From: an uncultured Candidatus Rokubacteria bacterium | GTDB taxonomy: Bacteria; Methylomirabilota; Methylomirabilia; Rokubacteriales; CSP1-6 | Reading direction: 5' to 3' | DNA length: 64,000 nucleotides | NCBI GenBank assembly: GCA_963758635.1 | Contig: CAVWWD010000003.1 | Coordinates: 768,001-832,000 of the forward strand | In this document: positions 1 to 10,809 of the stretch, in pieces | How the letters are laid out: every line of letters begins with the position of its first letter | Position numbering within the stretch: position 1 is the stretch's first letter | Position numbers and translations under genes: made by a program | Notes under the pieces: generated by a model | Database searches by the model: none | What the model was told of the DNA's origin: nothing | Seen by the model: the letters and a program-made list of their open reading frames with translations, nothing else

Positions 1-924
1 CGGCTTGAGCTTCTTCGCGTCGAGGAGCTGGGAGGCGACGGGGTCGACGCTGTGGAACGCCTCCATGTCGTTGCCGAAGCTCTCCTTGAGCTTGTCGATC
101 TGGCTGTGGCCGGCGCCGTGTCCGAGGTAGGCGCGCACGCGCAGCCCCTGCTCCTTGGCCTGGCGCAGGAAGAGCGCGATGTCCGGGTTGTAGCCGGTGT
201 GGAACAGCACGTCCGGCCGCCCCGCGCGGAGCTTGGTCACCAGCGAGGACAGGTCGGGCGCCTGGATCGAGTAGCCTTCCTTCAGCACGACCTGCATGCC
301 CTGCTTCTTGGCCTCGGCCTCGTTGGCCGCGGCGACGCCGGCGCCGTAGGGGCCGTCCTCGTAGATGATGGCCACGCGCAGGTCCTTGGGCGCGCGCCCG
401 AGCTTGTCCTGCGCGAAGGCGCCGATGTACTGCACGGAGATGGCGCCGAAGAGCCCGCCGTTGGGCTGCGGGCGGAACGTGTACTGGAGGTTCCGATCCT
501 TGAACACCGCGTCGGAGATCGCGGTGGTGATCCAGAGGAACCGCTTCTGCTTGTCCACCTTCTCGGCGAGGGGGACGGCGTGCGCGCTCGAGTAGACGCC
601 GGCGAGCACGTCGACCTTCTCCACGCTCAGGAGGCGCTCCGCCTCGTTGATCGCGACCTCGGCCTTCGACTGGCTGTCGCCGTCGAGCCGGACGAGCTTG
701 TGCTTGCCGAGCACGCCGCCCTTCTCGTTGACGTAGTCGATGATCATCTTGGCGCCGCGCCAGCAGTTGAGGGACCCCGCGGCGGAGAACGGCCCGCTCT
801 GGTCGAACAGCAGCCCGATCTTGATCGTCTGCGCGCCCTGCGCAGACGCCCGCAGGACCCACGGTCCGACCGCGGCGCCCGCGGCCGCCCCGCCCAGGAA
901 CGCTCGACGCGTGAGATGGCTCAT
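1..924 (-). CDS. Branched-chain amino acid-type ABC transporter substrate-binding protein, Tat signal (3' end outside window)
   Basis: Manual translation from ATG 924: MSHLTRRAFLGG...QTIKIGLLFDQSGPFS...VAIIYEDGPYG...LVTKLRAGRPDVLFHTGY; twin-arginine motif; SD GAGGAGG upstream. Confidence 0.9.
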   Translation of the reverse strand, partial: MSHLTRRAFLGGAAAGAAVGPWVLRASAQGAQTIKIGLLFDQSGPFSAAGSLNCWRGAKMIIDYVNEKGGVLGKHKLVRLDGDSQSKAEVAINEAERLLSVEKVDVLAGVYSSAHAVPLAEKVDKQKRFLWITTAISDAVFKDRNLQYTFRPQPNGGLFGAISVQYIGAFAQDKLGRAPKDLRVAIIYEDGPYGAGVAAANEAEAKKQGMQVVLKEGYSIQAPDLSSLVTKLRAGRPDVLFHTGYNPDIALFLRQAKEQGLRVRAYLGHGAGHSQIDKLKESFGNDMEAFHSVDPVASQLLDAKKLKP

Positions 925-1063
925 TCGTGTGTCCTCCTCGACACTCTCCCGGTTGCCCGATGAGGGATGGCGCGCTCCGCCCGCGGGAGCGCGCGTGATC
1001 GGGCAGGAGAGTAACACCAAGCGCGGATGCCGGCAAACGGCCGCCATCCGCTTACACTGTGGC

Positions 1064-1918
1064 GTGCCCGGCTCCGCCCTCGCCCTCGTCCTCGGCGCCG
1101 CCCTCATCCACGCCGCGTGGAACGCGCTCGCCAAGCGCGCCCAGGACCAGCTCGTGTTCCTGTGGTCGTCGGTCTCGCTCGCCACCGTGGCGCTGGCGCC
1201 GGTCGGCTTCGCCCTGCTCCCGGCCGAGGGCGTCTCCGCCGCCGCGCTCCCCTATCTCGCGGCCACCATCGCCATCCACGCTGTCTACTTCTACGCGCTG
1301 AGCCGCGCCTACGGCGCCGGCGACTTCTCGCTCGTCTACCCCATCGCGCGCGGGCTCGGCGTGGCCCTCGTTCCCGTCGTGGCGTGGGCGCTCCTGGACG
1401 AGCGGCTCTCGACGCTCGGCTCGGTGGGCGTCGCGCTCGTCGTGGCCGGCATCGCGGCGATCGGCGCCGGCCCCGTGGCGCCGGCGGCCCGCGGCCGCCT
1501 CGTCGGCGCGGGCACGGGGTGGGCCCTCGTGACCGGGCTCAGCATCGCCGGCTACTCGGTGGTCGACAAGGTCGGGGTCGGGCGCCTGCACCCGGTGCCC
1601 TACATCGCCATCATGGGCGTGGGGATGAGCCTGCTCCTCGCGCCGGCGGTGTGGAGCCGCCGCGCCGCGCTCGCCGCGGAGTGGCGCGCGAACTGGCGCG
1701 GCGTCGTCGCCGCGTCCACGCTGAACCTCACCAGCTACCTGCTCGTGCTCTTCGCGTTCCGGCTCTCGAAGGCGGGCTACGTCGTGGCGGCGCGGGAGAT
1801 GTCGATCGTCCTCTCGGTGCTGATCGGCCGTCTGTGGCTCGGCGAGGCCCAGACGCGCTCGCGCCTCGCCGCCGCCGCCGTCATCCTGGCCGGCGTCGCC
1901 TGCGTCGCCCTCGCCTGA
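1064..1918 (+). CDS. EamA/DMT family transporter
   Basis: About ten hydrophobic segments; AALIHAAWNALAK, GDFSLVYPIARG and VVAAREMSIV motifs; GTG 1064 in frame with ORF 740..1918. Confidence 0.85.
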   Translation: MPGSALALVLGAALIHAAWNALAKRAQDQLVFLWSSVSLATVALAPVGFALLPAEGVSAAALPYLAATIAIHAVYFYALSRAYGAGDFSLVYPIARGLGVALVPVVAWALLDERLSTLGSVGVALVVAGIAAIGAGPVAPAARGRLVGAGTGWALVTGLSIAGYSVVDKVGVGRLHPVPYIAIMGVGMSLLLAPAVWSRRAALAAEWRANWRGVVAASTLNLTSYLLVLFAFRLSKAGYVVAAREMSIVLSVLIGRLWLGEAQTRSRLAAAAVILAGVACVALA

Positions 1919-1919
1919 T

Positions 1920-1990
1920 TTGATCGTGATCGGGGGGAGCGATTGATCGTCATCGGGGGGAGCGACCGCCGCTCCCCCCGATACCCCCCA
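1920..1990. repeat. Tandem 23-bp direct repeat plus 13-bp stem hairpin between convergent genes
   Basis: TTGATCGT(G/C)ATCGGGGGGAGCGA at 1920-1942 and 1943-1965; ATCGGGGGGAGCG (1952-1964) pairs with CGCTCCCCCCGAT (1970-1982). Confidence 0.75.
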
Positions 1991-2033
1991 ACGATCTCCC
2001 GCTGCGGGCGGGCCGGGGCTTCCGACAGGCCGG

Positions 2034-2549
2034 TCAGCGGCGCCGGCCGCCGTCAATCCGCGCCTGGATGTACGCCGCGAAGTATCCGCGATAGCGCGCC
2101 TGGAGCTCGGGGCGTCGCCAGTCGCGGCCGGTGAGGAGCCCGCGGCACCGGCGCGCGCCGCACGTGCACCGCGTGGACGGCCCGGCATCGGCCATCTCCT
2201 CCATGGCCCAGTCGTAGGTCAGCTCCTCGCCCGCTCGGATGGGCCGCATGGCCACGAAGACGATCTGCCCGCGGATGCCCACGTTCGGCTCGCAGGAGTG
2301 GTTGAGGAAGAGCTTGTTGCGCGCCACCTCCGCGCGCGTGCGGGCTCCGATGTAGAAGCCGCGGTCGATCTGGATGTACGAGACGGCGATGCGGTCGCGC
2401 ACGGCGGCGAGGCCGGCCTCGTCGAGGACGTGACCGCCCTTGATCGCCACGATCTCGCCCCGGGCCACGGCGCGGCGGGCGAAGAGGCCCCGCCCGTGGA
2501 TCGGGCTCTTCCGGATCGCGGTCTTCGGCGAGAGGTACGACGCGGGCAT
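2034..2549 (-). CDS. SET domain protein with post-SET cysteine motif
   Basis: SPIHGRGLFA, FLNHSCEPN, IRAGEELTYDW, CTCGARRCRG. Confidence 0.9.
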   Translation of the reverse strand: MPASYLSPKTAIRKSPIHGRGLFARRAVARGEIVAIKGGHVLDEAGLAAVRDRIAVSYIQIDRGFYIGARTRAEVARNKLFLNHSCEPNVGIRGQIVFVAMRPIRAGEELTYDWAMEEMADAGPSTRCTCGARRCRGLLTGRDWRRPELQARYRGYFAAYIQARIDGGRRR

Positions 2550-2556
2550 CGGCGGC

Positions 2557-3204
2557 TCAGCGGCGCCGCGCGCGCACCAGCCACTCGCGGCCGCGGCGCT
2601 CGGTCACGGACTCCCCGGGGGGCGCGGTGTCGAGGATCGTGAAGCCGGGCGTCAGCATCCGCTCGGCCTCGCCCGGCGCCACCGCGAAGGGCGGGCCCGA
2701 GGCCGGCGCGGGCTCCGATCCCGAGGAGAGCGGGAAGAAGCACCCGAGGAGCACACCGCCGGGACGGAGGATGGCGCGGACGACCTCCACGTACTCCGCG
2801 CGTCGCGCGGGGTCGATCGCGCAGAAGCACGTGTACTCCCAGACGGCGTCGAAGGCGCCCGCGTGTGCTGCGGCCAGGGTGAAGACGTCGCGCTCCTCGA
2901 AGACCACGTCGACGCCCTCCTCGCGAGCCAGGTCACGCGCGGCGGCGAGGGCGGGCGCGGCGAAGTCGAACGCCGCCACGCGGTACCCTTGACGGGCGAG
3001 CAGGCGGGCGTCGTGGCCCCGGCCGCAGCCCGGCACGGCCACGCGCGCGGCGCCGCCGCCGGCCGCCGCCTCGAAGCGGCCGCCGGCCGCGAGCCACGAG
3101 GCCAACGCCGGCGCGGGGCGGCCAAGCTCCCAGCCGTCCTCGCCGGCGGCGTAGCGGCTTTCCCAGAACGCCGGGCCGCTTACCTCGTGGCGAGGTCCGG
3201 CCAC
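2557..3204 (-). CDS. Thiopurine S-methyltransferase-like SAM-dependent methyltransferase (start uncertain)
   Basis: FWESRY..GWELG, VAVPGCGRGHDA, WEYTCFCAIDP, GPPF motifs. Confidence 0.85.
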   Translation of the reverse strand: MAGPRHEVSGPAFWESRYAAGEDGWELGRPAPALASWLAAGGRFEAAAGGGAARVAVPGCGRGHDARLLARQGYRVAAFDFAAPALAAARDLAREEGVDVVFEERDVFTLAAAHAGAFDAVWEYTCFCAIDPARRAEYVEVVRAILRPGGVLLGCFFPLSSGSEPAPASGPPFAVAPGEAERMLTPGFTILDTAPPGESVTERRGREWLVRARRR

Positions 3205-3834
3205 TCGAGCCCCTCGAAGTCCGGGATGACCCGCTCGGCGCCGGCGGCGAGCAGCTCGTCGCCCTCGTAGCCGGTCGTCACTCCCACCGCGCGCATGCCC
3301 GCGCGGCGAGCCGCCTGGATGCCCACCACCGAGTCCTCGAACACGACGCATCCCGCCGCCGGCACGCCGAGCCGCGCGGCGGCGAGGCGGTAGACCTCGG
3401 GATCGGGCTTGCCGAGGGTCACGTCGTCGGCGGTCACGACCACGCGGAACCGGCGGCGGAGGCCGATCTCCGCCAGGAGCCGGGCCACGTCCTGGCTGGA
3501 CGCGGAGGTGCCCACCGCCCGCGGCACATCGAGCGCGGCCAGGTGCTCCACGAACGCCGTGACCCCGCGCACGGGGCGCGCGCCTCGCCGGGCGATCTGC
3601 ACGTACAACTCGCGCTTCCGGCTCGCGAGGCGCCACGCCTCGTGGCGGGAGACGCGCCGCCCGAGGAGCAGCGGCACCGCCTCCTCGGCGGGCCGGCCGA
3701 TGGTGAGCCGCCACGCCTCGGGCGGCTCCGGGACCTCCTCCTCGCGGAGCAGCGAGGTCCACGCCTCCCGGTGCCACGCCCCGTTGTCGACCAGGACGCC
3801 ATCCAGGTCGAAGATGCACGGCGGCAGCGATCAC
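3180..3834 (-). CDS. HAD family phosphatase (beta-phosphoglucomutase-like); one frameshift near the 5' end
   Basis: IFDLDGVLVD motif I upstream of the listed ORF; GKPDPEVY and VFEDSVVGIQAARRAGM; an extra base after GTG ATC GCT GCC GCC GTG. Confidence 0.85.
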
Positions 3835-3896
3835 GTCGCGATGGACCCGGCCGCCGGATCCATGCCCGTCGCGGGCCGAGGAGCCGACATTCGCGC

Positions 3897-3938
3897 CCCC
3901 CTCTCCCGCCGGGGGAGAGGGGGCAGGGGGTGAGGGGG
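3897..3938. repeat. REP-like palindrome CCCTCTCCC-Nn-GGGAGAGGG...GGGTGAGGG, copy 1
   Basis: Same motif at 13296, 16311 and (inverted) 16392. Confidence 0.8.
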
Positions 3939-3998
3939 ATACGATCAATCGCCGAGTCGCCAACGACGTGGCTGGAGCCCGGCCACGGAGACGCGCCG

Positions 3999-4628
3999 TC
4001 ATCGCAGCCGGTACAGCGGCGCGAGCAGGCTAAACGTCTCGCGCGCGGCGCGCGCGTAGTCGGCGGCCTTCCAGCGCGCCGCCTCGGTGGGCGACACCGC
4101 GCGGCCCAGGACGACCTGGCCGTCGCGCGTGCGCAGCAGCTCGTCGCCGAGCCTGGCCACCGCGTCCGGCGCCAGGTCCGACAGCACGGCGGTCGGCGTC
4201 TCGTCGTGCTCGTTCTTGAACCACGCCAGCCCCTTCGCGCGGCGCAGGACCGGGACCAGCTTCGGCGCGTCGCGCTTCCACGCTGCGATCCATCGCTTCT
4301 TGTCCGCGAGCTCGGGCCCCGCCTCGAAGAGGAAACGCACCGCGCCGCGCGACACCGCGACCTTGAAGTGGCAGTGCTTCTTGTAGCCGCGCTTGTCGCC
4401 GGCGAAGGCGACCCACGTGTCGCTGGGCGGGTTCACGGTGCGGCGCGCGTGCCTGGCGACGTGGGCGAACGCGTCGCCGCCGCCGATCCGGCCCACGTCG
4501 GGCAGGAGCTCCTTGCCCACCGCCTCGAGCTTGGGACGGATGCGGCTCCGGATGGCCTCCATGCGGGGGGCGAAGCCCTCGATCTCGAACACCTTGAAGT
4601 CACTGGCGGTGAAGCCGGGGAACGGCAT
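3999..4628 (-). CDS. DUF1054 (YktB/UPF0637) family protein
   Basis: GFTASDFKVFEIEGFAPRMEAIRSRIRPKL, HVARHARRTVNPPSDTWVAF, KRGYKKHCHF. Confidence 0.85.
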   Translation of the reverse strand: MPFPGFTASDFKVFEIEGFAPRMEAIRSRIRPKLEAVGKELLPDVGRIGGGDAFAHVARHARRTVNPPSDTWVAFAGDKRGYKKHCHFKVAVSRGAVRFLFEAGPELADKKRWIAAWKRDAPKLVPVLRRAKGLAWFKNEHDETPTAVLSDLAPDAVARLGDELLRTRDGQVVLGRAVSPTEAARWKAADYARAARETFSLLAPLYRLR

Positions 4629-4683
4629 GCTCGGCCCTCCTTACGCCGTCCGGCCGCTGATCGACGGCCGGGCGGCCGCCGGG

Positions 4684-6163
4684 TCACGGGTACGTGGTCT
4701 CCGGATCGAGAGGGAAGATCGGCCGGCGGACGCGCTCGAAGCGGAAGCGGTCGAGGTTCGACGAGGACAGCCCGGGCGCGTCCACCTCGACGATCTCGGC
4801 GGCGAGGGGCTCGAACGCGGCGCGGTAGTGGATCGTGGACTTCACCACCACGATCTTGTGATCGAGCGGCTCGAGGCCCACGAAGCGCAGCATCTCCGGA
4901 TCGAGGGTCTGCCAGCGGTAGGAGATGAGGATCACCTTGATGTCGTCCACGTCGAGCACCGCGGTGACGCCGAGGCGGCCGGGCAGGCCCCGGCCCATCG
5001 GGCCCTTGTGGACGAACCGGCCGTCCGACAGCGTGCGGACGACGCCGGTCACGGTGAGCGGCGCGCCGTGGCGGTCGTCGACCTTGCCGCCCACCGGGAG
5101 GGTGATGCGCTGGCCGACGCCGGCGCGCACGCAGGCCTCGACGGCGGCGGGATCCCAGAGGCAGGCCACCACCGCGGAGCGCGCGCCCACCCGGACGAGC
5201 TCGCGCAGGATCTCGGTGCCGTCGCCCGCGGCGCCGCCGCCCGTGTTGTCGGCCATGTCGGCGAGCACGACGGGACGGCCGGCGAGCGGCGAGCGCGCGG
5301 CGCACCGCCTCGGGCACGGGCAGCCCGGCGTGGACGAACTCGTGACGGCGCTCCCACGCCGCGCGCGCGAGCCGCTCGGCCAGGGCCTCGGCGAGGGCGG
5401 GATCGTCGTCGGTCACGACGTAGACGCCGAGCCCCGCCTCCGGGATGTCGGCGTAGGGGAACCCGGCGAGGATCGAGATCGACACGACCTTCGGGTCCCG
5501 CTCCATCTCGTCGGCCATGTCGTAGAGGTGGCGCATCGGGCCCACCGCCGTGCGCTGGCTGCCGATGGGCGGCAAGAGCGGCGGCCGCCGGAACGCCGCC
5601 GTCGGCCGGATGCGGCGGGCGATGGTGTCGGCGAGCCGCTCCGCCGCTTCCACGCCGCGCTCGGCCATGTCGACGTGCGGGTAGGTCTTGTAGCCGTGCA
5701 GGAGGTCGGCGCCCCGCACCATCGCCTCGCTCAGGTTGCCGTGCAGGTCGAGCGTGACCGCGATGGGGACGCTCGCGCCGACCATCGCGCGGACCGCGGC
5801 GATGATGTCGCCTTCTCCGTCGTCCATGCCCTCGGGGACCATGGCGCCGTGCAGGTCGAGGAGGACACCGTCCACCCGGCCCGCCGCGCGCAGGTCGGCG
5901 AGCAGGCGCTCCTTGACGTGCTCGTAGATGTCCTTGGTCACGCGGCCCGCCGGCGAGGCCGCCGCCGCCACCGAGGGGACCAGGGTCGCCCCGAGGCGTT
6001 CCGCGGCCGCGATCATCCCGCCCAGGCAGGTGCCGGTGCCGCGGAACGTCTCCACGATCTCGCCGCCGTAGTGCAGGTTGCGCTTCTCGAACTGCCCGCG
6101 GTCGGTGGGGATGTTGCTGAACGTGTTGGTCTCGTGGGACATCATCGCGAGGAACAGTCTCAC
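4684..6163 (-). CDS. M81 family (MlrC-like) metallopeptidase; frameshift near 5290
   Basis: HETNTFS, LDLHGAM, TLDLHGN, YKTYPHVD in ORF 4433..6163; ADNTGGG and VVKSTIHYRAAF in ORF 4684..5268. Confidence 0.9.
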
Positions 6164-6185
6164 CGCGCGCTCCCGTCCGCTGCGA

Positions 6186-7118
6186 TCACAGCTTCATGTG
6201 GGGATCGAGCCAGTCCCGCAGCGCGTTGCCCATCAGGTTGATCACGAGCGTGGTGACGAAGATGGCGAGCCCCGGGAAGGTGGCGATCCACCACGAGTTC
6301 AGCATGTAGACGCGGCCCTCGCCGAGCATGTTCCCCCACGCCGGCGTCGGCGGCTGGATCCCGAGGCCGAGGAAGGACAGGAACGACTCGAGGATGATGA
6401 CCTGGGCGACCTGCAGGGTGGCGATCACCACGATGGCCGAGACCAGGTTGGGCAGGATCTGGCGGAAGACGATGCGGAGGTGGCTCATCCCCAGGGCGCG
6501 CCCGGCCACCACGAACTCGCGCTCGCGGATGGCGAGGGTCTCGGCCCGGATGACCCGCGCGTAGATCGGCCATCCCGCCACGCCGAGCACGAGCGATCAT
6601 GTTGCGCAGGCTCGGCCCGAGCACGGCGATGACGGCGAGGGCGAGGAGCACGAACGGGAACGTGAGCATCACGTTCACCGCGGTCATGATCGCCCAGTCG
6701 ATGCGGCCGCCGAAGTAGCCCGCGCGCCAGCCCGAGCAGCACCCCGATGGTGGCGGACGAGCGAGGACGGCGCAGACCGCCACCACGAGCGAGACGCGCC
6801 CCCCGTAGATCATCCGCGACAGCAGGTCGCGCCCGACCTGGTCCGTGCCGAGCAGGTGCTCGACCGCGCCGCCGCTCCATCCACGCGGGCGGGGCGAGGC
6901 GGTGGCGGATGTTCACGCGCGAGGGGATCGTGCGGCGCGATCCACGGCGCGCAGACCGTGACGCCGACGATGAGCGCAGGAGCGCCGCGCGGCGGCCAGG
7001 CCCCACCGCAGCCGGAGCAGCCGGCGGAGCGCGGCGCGGCGCCGGCCGTGGGCGACCGCCCGTCCGGCCGCGGAGGGCGCCGAGCTCGACCTCGGGCCGG
7101 CGCGCTGACCGCCTTCAT
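6186..7118 (-). CDS. Peptide/nickel ABC permease (DppC-like); several frameshifts
   Basis: Fragments LLGTDQVGRDLLSR, IYGGRVSL, REREFVVAGRALG, LSFLGLGIQPPTPAWGNML; ATG overlaps the upstream stop. Confidence 0.85.
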
Positions 7119-8038
7119 GCGCCGGTGCGGATGCGCGGATCGACGAAGCCGACGACGACGTCCACGATGAGGTTCACGGTGACGATGACGAGGGCGAGCA
7201 TGATCACCGCGCACTGCACCACCGGGAAGTCCTGGTTGCGGATCGACTCCACGGTGAGGGTGGCCACGCCGGGCCACGCGAAGACCGTCTCGGTGATGAC
7301 GGCGCCGCCCAGGAGCTGCCCGAACTGCAGCCCGAGCACGGTGATGACGGGGATGCACGCGTTGCGGAACGCGTGCTTGACCACGACCATCGGCTCGGCC
7401 ACGCCCTTGGCGCGCGCCGTCTTGATGAACTCCATGTTCATGACCTCGATCACGCCGGAGCGCACCAGCCGCATGGTGATGGGGGCCAGCGCGGTGCCCA
7501 GGCAGAACGAGGGCAGGAGGAAGTGCTGCCAGGTGCCGTAGCCGGAGGCGGGCAGCACCTTGAGGCGCACCGCGAAGATGATGATGAGCATGATGCCGAG
7601 CCAGAACAGCGGCGCGGCCTGGCCGGCCACGGCGAGGCCGGTGCACAGGGTGTCCACCCACGAGTGGCGCCTGAGGGCGGCGAGGATGCCCGAGCGGCAG
7701 CGAGATGAGGAGCGCGACGAGGAGGCCGCGAGAGCGTCAGGTAGATCGTGGGCGGCATCCGCTCGAGCGACGAGCTTGAAGGCCGGGGTGTCCGCGTACC
7801 AGGACTTGCCGAAGTCCCCGGTCACCGCGCGCGAGGCGAACTTCCAGTACTGCACGTAGAGGGGCTTGTCGAGCCCGAGGAGGTGGCGGTAGCGCTCGAA
7901 CTCCTCCTTGCCCGCGTTCTGGGGGAGGAGGAGGAGCACGGGGTCGCCGAGCACGTGCAGGATGCAGAAGGCGAGGATGGAGATGCCGATGATGACGACG
8001 ACGAGCTGGACGAGCTGGCGGGCGATGTAGCCTCGCAT
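7115..8038 (-). CDS. Peptide/nickel ABC permease (DppB-like); compensating indels
   Basis: MRGYIARQLVQ, LGLDKPLYVQY, EFIKTARAKG, GGAVITETVFAWPG, DPRIR. Confidence 0.9.
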   Translation of the reverse strand: MRGYIARQLVQLVVVIIGISILAFCILHVLGDPVLLLLPQNAGKEEFERYRHLLGLDKPLYVQYWKFASRAVTGDFGKSWYADTPAFKLVARADAAHDLPDALAASSSRSSSRCRSGILAALRRHSWVDTLCTGLAVAGQAAPLFWLGIMLIIIFAVRLKVLPASGYGTWQHFLLPSFCLGTALAPITMRLVRSGVIEVMNMEFIKTARAKGVAEPMVVVKHAFRNACIPVITVLGLQFGQLLGGAVITETVFAWPGVATLTVESIRNQDFPVVQCAVIMLALVIVTVNLIVDVVVGFVDPRIRTGA

Positions 8039-8049
8039 CGGCGGACGGG

Positions 8050-8110
8050 CGCCCGGGCTCGCCGCCGCCGCGCTCCCGCGGGAGGGGCGCGGCGCGGCGC
8101 GAGCCCGGGC
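8050..8110 (-). terminator. GC-rich intercistronic hairpin after the SBP gene (terminator or mRNA stabiliser)
   Basis: GCCCGGGCTCGC...GCGAGCCCGGGC inverted repeat between the SBP stop and the permease start. Confidence 0.45.
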
Positions 8111-8120
8111 CGGGAGGAGC

Positions 8121-9672
8121 CTACTTCTTCCGCGGGCGTGGCGACGAACATGCGGTCGATCTCGTCCCGCGGCGCCTCGTACTCGATCCGGTTGGAGATG
8201 CCCCACACGCCGCGGAGCCCCCACTTGTAGAGGTAGGCGGCGTCGTCGTGGATGCATCTTCTGGGTCTTGCGTGTAGATCTCGGCGCGCTTCTTCGGCGT
8301 CGAGCGTGGAGCGGCCCTGGATGACGAGGTCGTCCACCTCCTTGTTGCAGTAGTAGCTGTACGGCTGGTTGCAGGTCATCACGTCGAAGAGGATGGCGTC
8401 GGCGTCGAAGACCGAGTAGTAGCCCCACGACCACTCGAACATCGGGTCGGCCTTGCTGTCCCGGACCAGGTTCGTGAACGGACCGACCTCGCCGATCGAA
8501 CCGCTGCTTGGTCCGGATGCCCGCCTTGGCGAGGTCGGCGACGATCGCCTCGGTGGTCTGGATGAGCCCGGGCTCGACGGTCGGGCCCGTGGTCAGCATG
8601 AACCCGACGTCGAGCCCGTTCGGGAAGCCGGCCTCGGCCAGGAGCTTCTTGGCCTGCGGCGAGGTCCTGCTTGTAGGGCTTGACGCTCGCGTCGAAGCCG
8701 AAGGCCATCGGGTTGACCGTGGTCGCGGTGCGGTCGCCGAGGCCGTTGATCACGTGCTTGATGATCGTGTCCATGTCGACGGCGAGGTTGGCGGCTGAGC
8801 CGCACCTTGCTGGTCCTGGAACGGGTTCTTGCCCGCGCGGCCCGCCTGGTCGAGCTGGATGAACGCGGTGCGGAGGATCGGCGAGGTCGAGGTGCGGGCC
8901 TGGCCGGACTTGTTGATGACGTCCATCTGGTCGGGCGGCACCGCCTTGATGACGTCGACGCCGCCGGAGATCAGCTCGGCGATCTGGGTGGCCTGCTCGG
9001 GGATGATCCGGATGCGGACGTGCTTGAAGGCGGGCTTCGGTCCCCCAGTAGTCGTCGTTGCGGACGAGGAGGTGCTCCTGCTTCTTGCTCCACTTCAGGA
9101 GCTTGTACGGACCGGTGCCGACGGGGTTCTCCTGCATCCACTCGTGGCCCTTCTCCTTGATCGCCTTCTCGGACTGCATGACCTGGGCGGTCATCCGCTC
9201 GACGAAGAGCGGGTAGGGGCCGTCGGTCTTGAAGCGCACGGTGGCGTCGTCCACCACCTCGACGCTCTTGATCTTGAGAGTGGTTGCCGCGGGCGGTGAG
9301 CTTGAGCTCGGGGTTGAGCACGCGGTCGAACGTGGCCTTGACGTCCTTGGCCCCGAACGGCGTGCCGTCGTGGAACTTCACGCCGCGGCGGAGCTTGACC
9401 TCCCACGTGGTGTCGTCGAGGTTCTTCCACGACACCGCGAGGCTCGGGCCCACCTTGCCCGTCTTGAGGTCGCGCGCGGCGAGGTGGTCGAAGACGTGGT
9501 AGCCGAGGATGATGCTCTCGCGCAGCACCGAGTTCGGCGGATCCCAGTTCTGCACGTCGCTCTGGATCGCGTAGACGAGGGTGTCGTCCTTGGTCTGGGC
9601 CAGGACGTCGCCCGCCAGGCCGAGGCCGAGCGTCAGGGCGAGAGCGAGGACAGCGGTGAGGGCACGACCCAT
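8121..9672 (-). CDS. Peptide ABC substrate-binding protein (SBP family 5); multiple frameshifts
   Basis: Signal peptide; LRRGVKFHDGTPF, NPVGTGPYK, RNDDYWG, YYCNKEVDDL spread over several frames; TAG at 8121. Confidence 0.85.
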
Positions 9673-9727
9673 GGGCGACCTCCTTCAGTCGATCGAAAAC
9701 GGAGGGATGACTGCCAACGAGGGCCAC

Positions 9728-9757
9728 ATACTAGCGACGCGCGGGCGCGCTTGTCAA
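9728..9757 (-). promoter_or_regulatory. sigma70-type promoter for the SBP operon
   Basis: TTGACA-18 nt-TAGTAT on the minus strand. Confidence 0.6.
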
Positions 9758-9795
9758 CGCGCGTTCCGCTCGCCGCCGTGCCGCCCCGCGGAAAT

Positions 9796-9824
9796 TTGAC
9801 ACCCCGCGCGGCGGCCCCGATAAT
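9796..9824 (+). promoter_or_regulatory. sigma70-type promoter for the epimerase/ABC operon
   Basis: TTGACA-17 nt-GATAAT. Confidence 0.65.
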
Positions 9825-9852
9825 TGGCCGGCGTCGCGCGCGGCGCTCACCC

Positions 9853-10807
9853 ATGCCCACACCCCTCGTGCTCGTCACCGGCGGCGCCGGCTTCATCGGC
9901 TCCCACCTCGTGGAGCGGCTGCTCGCCGACGGCTGCCGCGTGCGGGTGTTCGACAACTTCTCCACCGGGCGCCGCGCCAACCTCGGCTTCGCCCGCGGCC
10001 ACCGCCGCCTCGAGATCGTGCGCGGCGACCTGCGCAACCCCGGCGCGGTGGAGCGCGCGGTGCGGGGGACCAGCACCGTCTTCCACCAGGCGGCCATGCG
10101 CTCGGTGCCGCGATCGGTGGCCGATCCCCTCGGGGCCCACGCCGCCAACGCGACGGGGACGCTCCACGTGCTCCACGCCGCCGCCGCCCAGAAGAAGAAG
10201 CCCCGCGTGGTCTACGCGTCGTCGTCGTCCGTGTACGGCGACAACCCCGCGCTCCCGAAGCGGGAGGAGCAGCCGACCGCCCCGATCTCGCCCTACGCGG
10301 CGAGCAAGGTGGCGGGGGAGATCTACGCCTCGGTGTGGCACCGCCTCTTCGGGCTGGAGACGGTGGGGCTCCGCTACTTCAACGTGTTCGGCCCCCGGCA
10401 GGACCCGAAGAGCGAGTACGCGGCGGTGATCCCGCGCTTCATCCTGTGGGGCATGCGCGGCGAGCCCCTCCAGGTCCACGGCGACGGCACGCAGTCGCGG
10501 GACTTCACCTACATCGACAACGTCGTGTCGGCCAACCTGCTCGCCGCCGCCGCCCCCGCCGCCGCCGTCTCGGGCAAGAGCTACAACGTGGGCTGCGGGA
10601 GCCGGACGACCCTGCTCGCGATCATCGACATGATCGAGCGGCGCGTTGGCCGCCCCGTGCGCCGCCGCCATTCCCCGGGCCGCGCCGGCGACGTGCCGCA
10701 CACGCTCGCCGACATCGCCGCGGCCAGGCGCGACTTCGGCTACCAGCCCCTCGTGGACTTCGACGAGGGGCTCCGGCGCACGGTCGACTTCTTCATGGGG
10801 GTTGTGA
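9853..10807 (+). CDS. NAD-dependent epimerase/dehydratase (WbpP/GalE-like extended SDR)
   Basis: VLVTGGAGFIGSHL, PYAASK, LRYFNVFGPRQDP, GDGTQSRDFTY; reads into the next gene as assembled, with a probable true TGA at 10805-10807 after a G homopolymer. Confidence 0.9.
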
Positions 10808-10809
10808 AC

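Noticed and set aside
4684..9672. Many frameshifts here and at 27.5-28.9, 33.6, 35.1, 38-40.3 and 56.9-58.1 kb suggesting pseudogenes or programmed frameshifting
   Set aside because: Single-base indels are clustered, motifs are otherwise intact and no slippery sites were recognised; best explained as long-read consensus errors. Read polishing would confirm.
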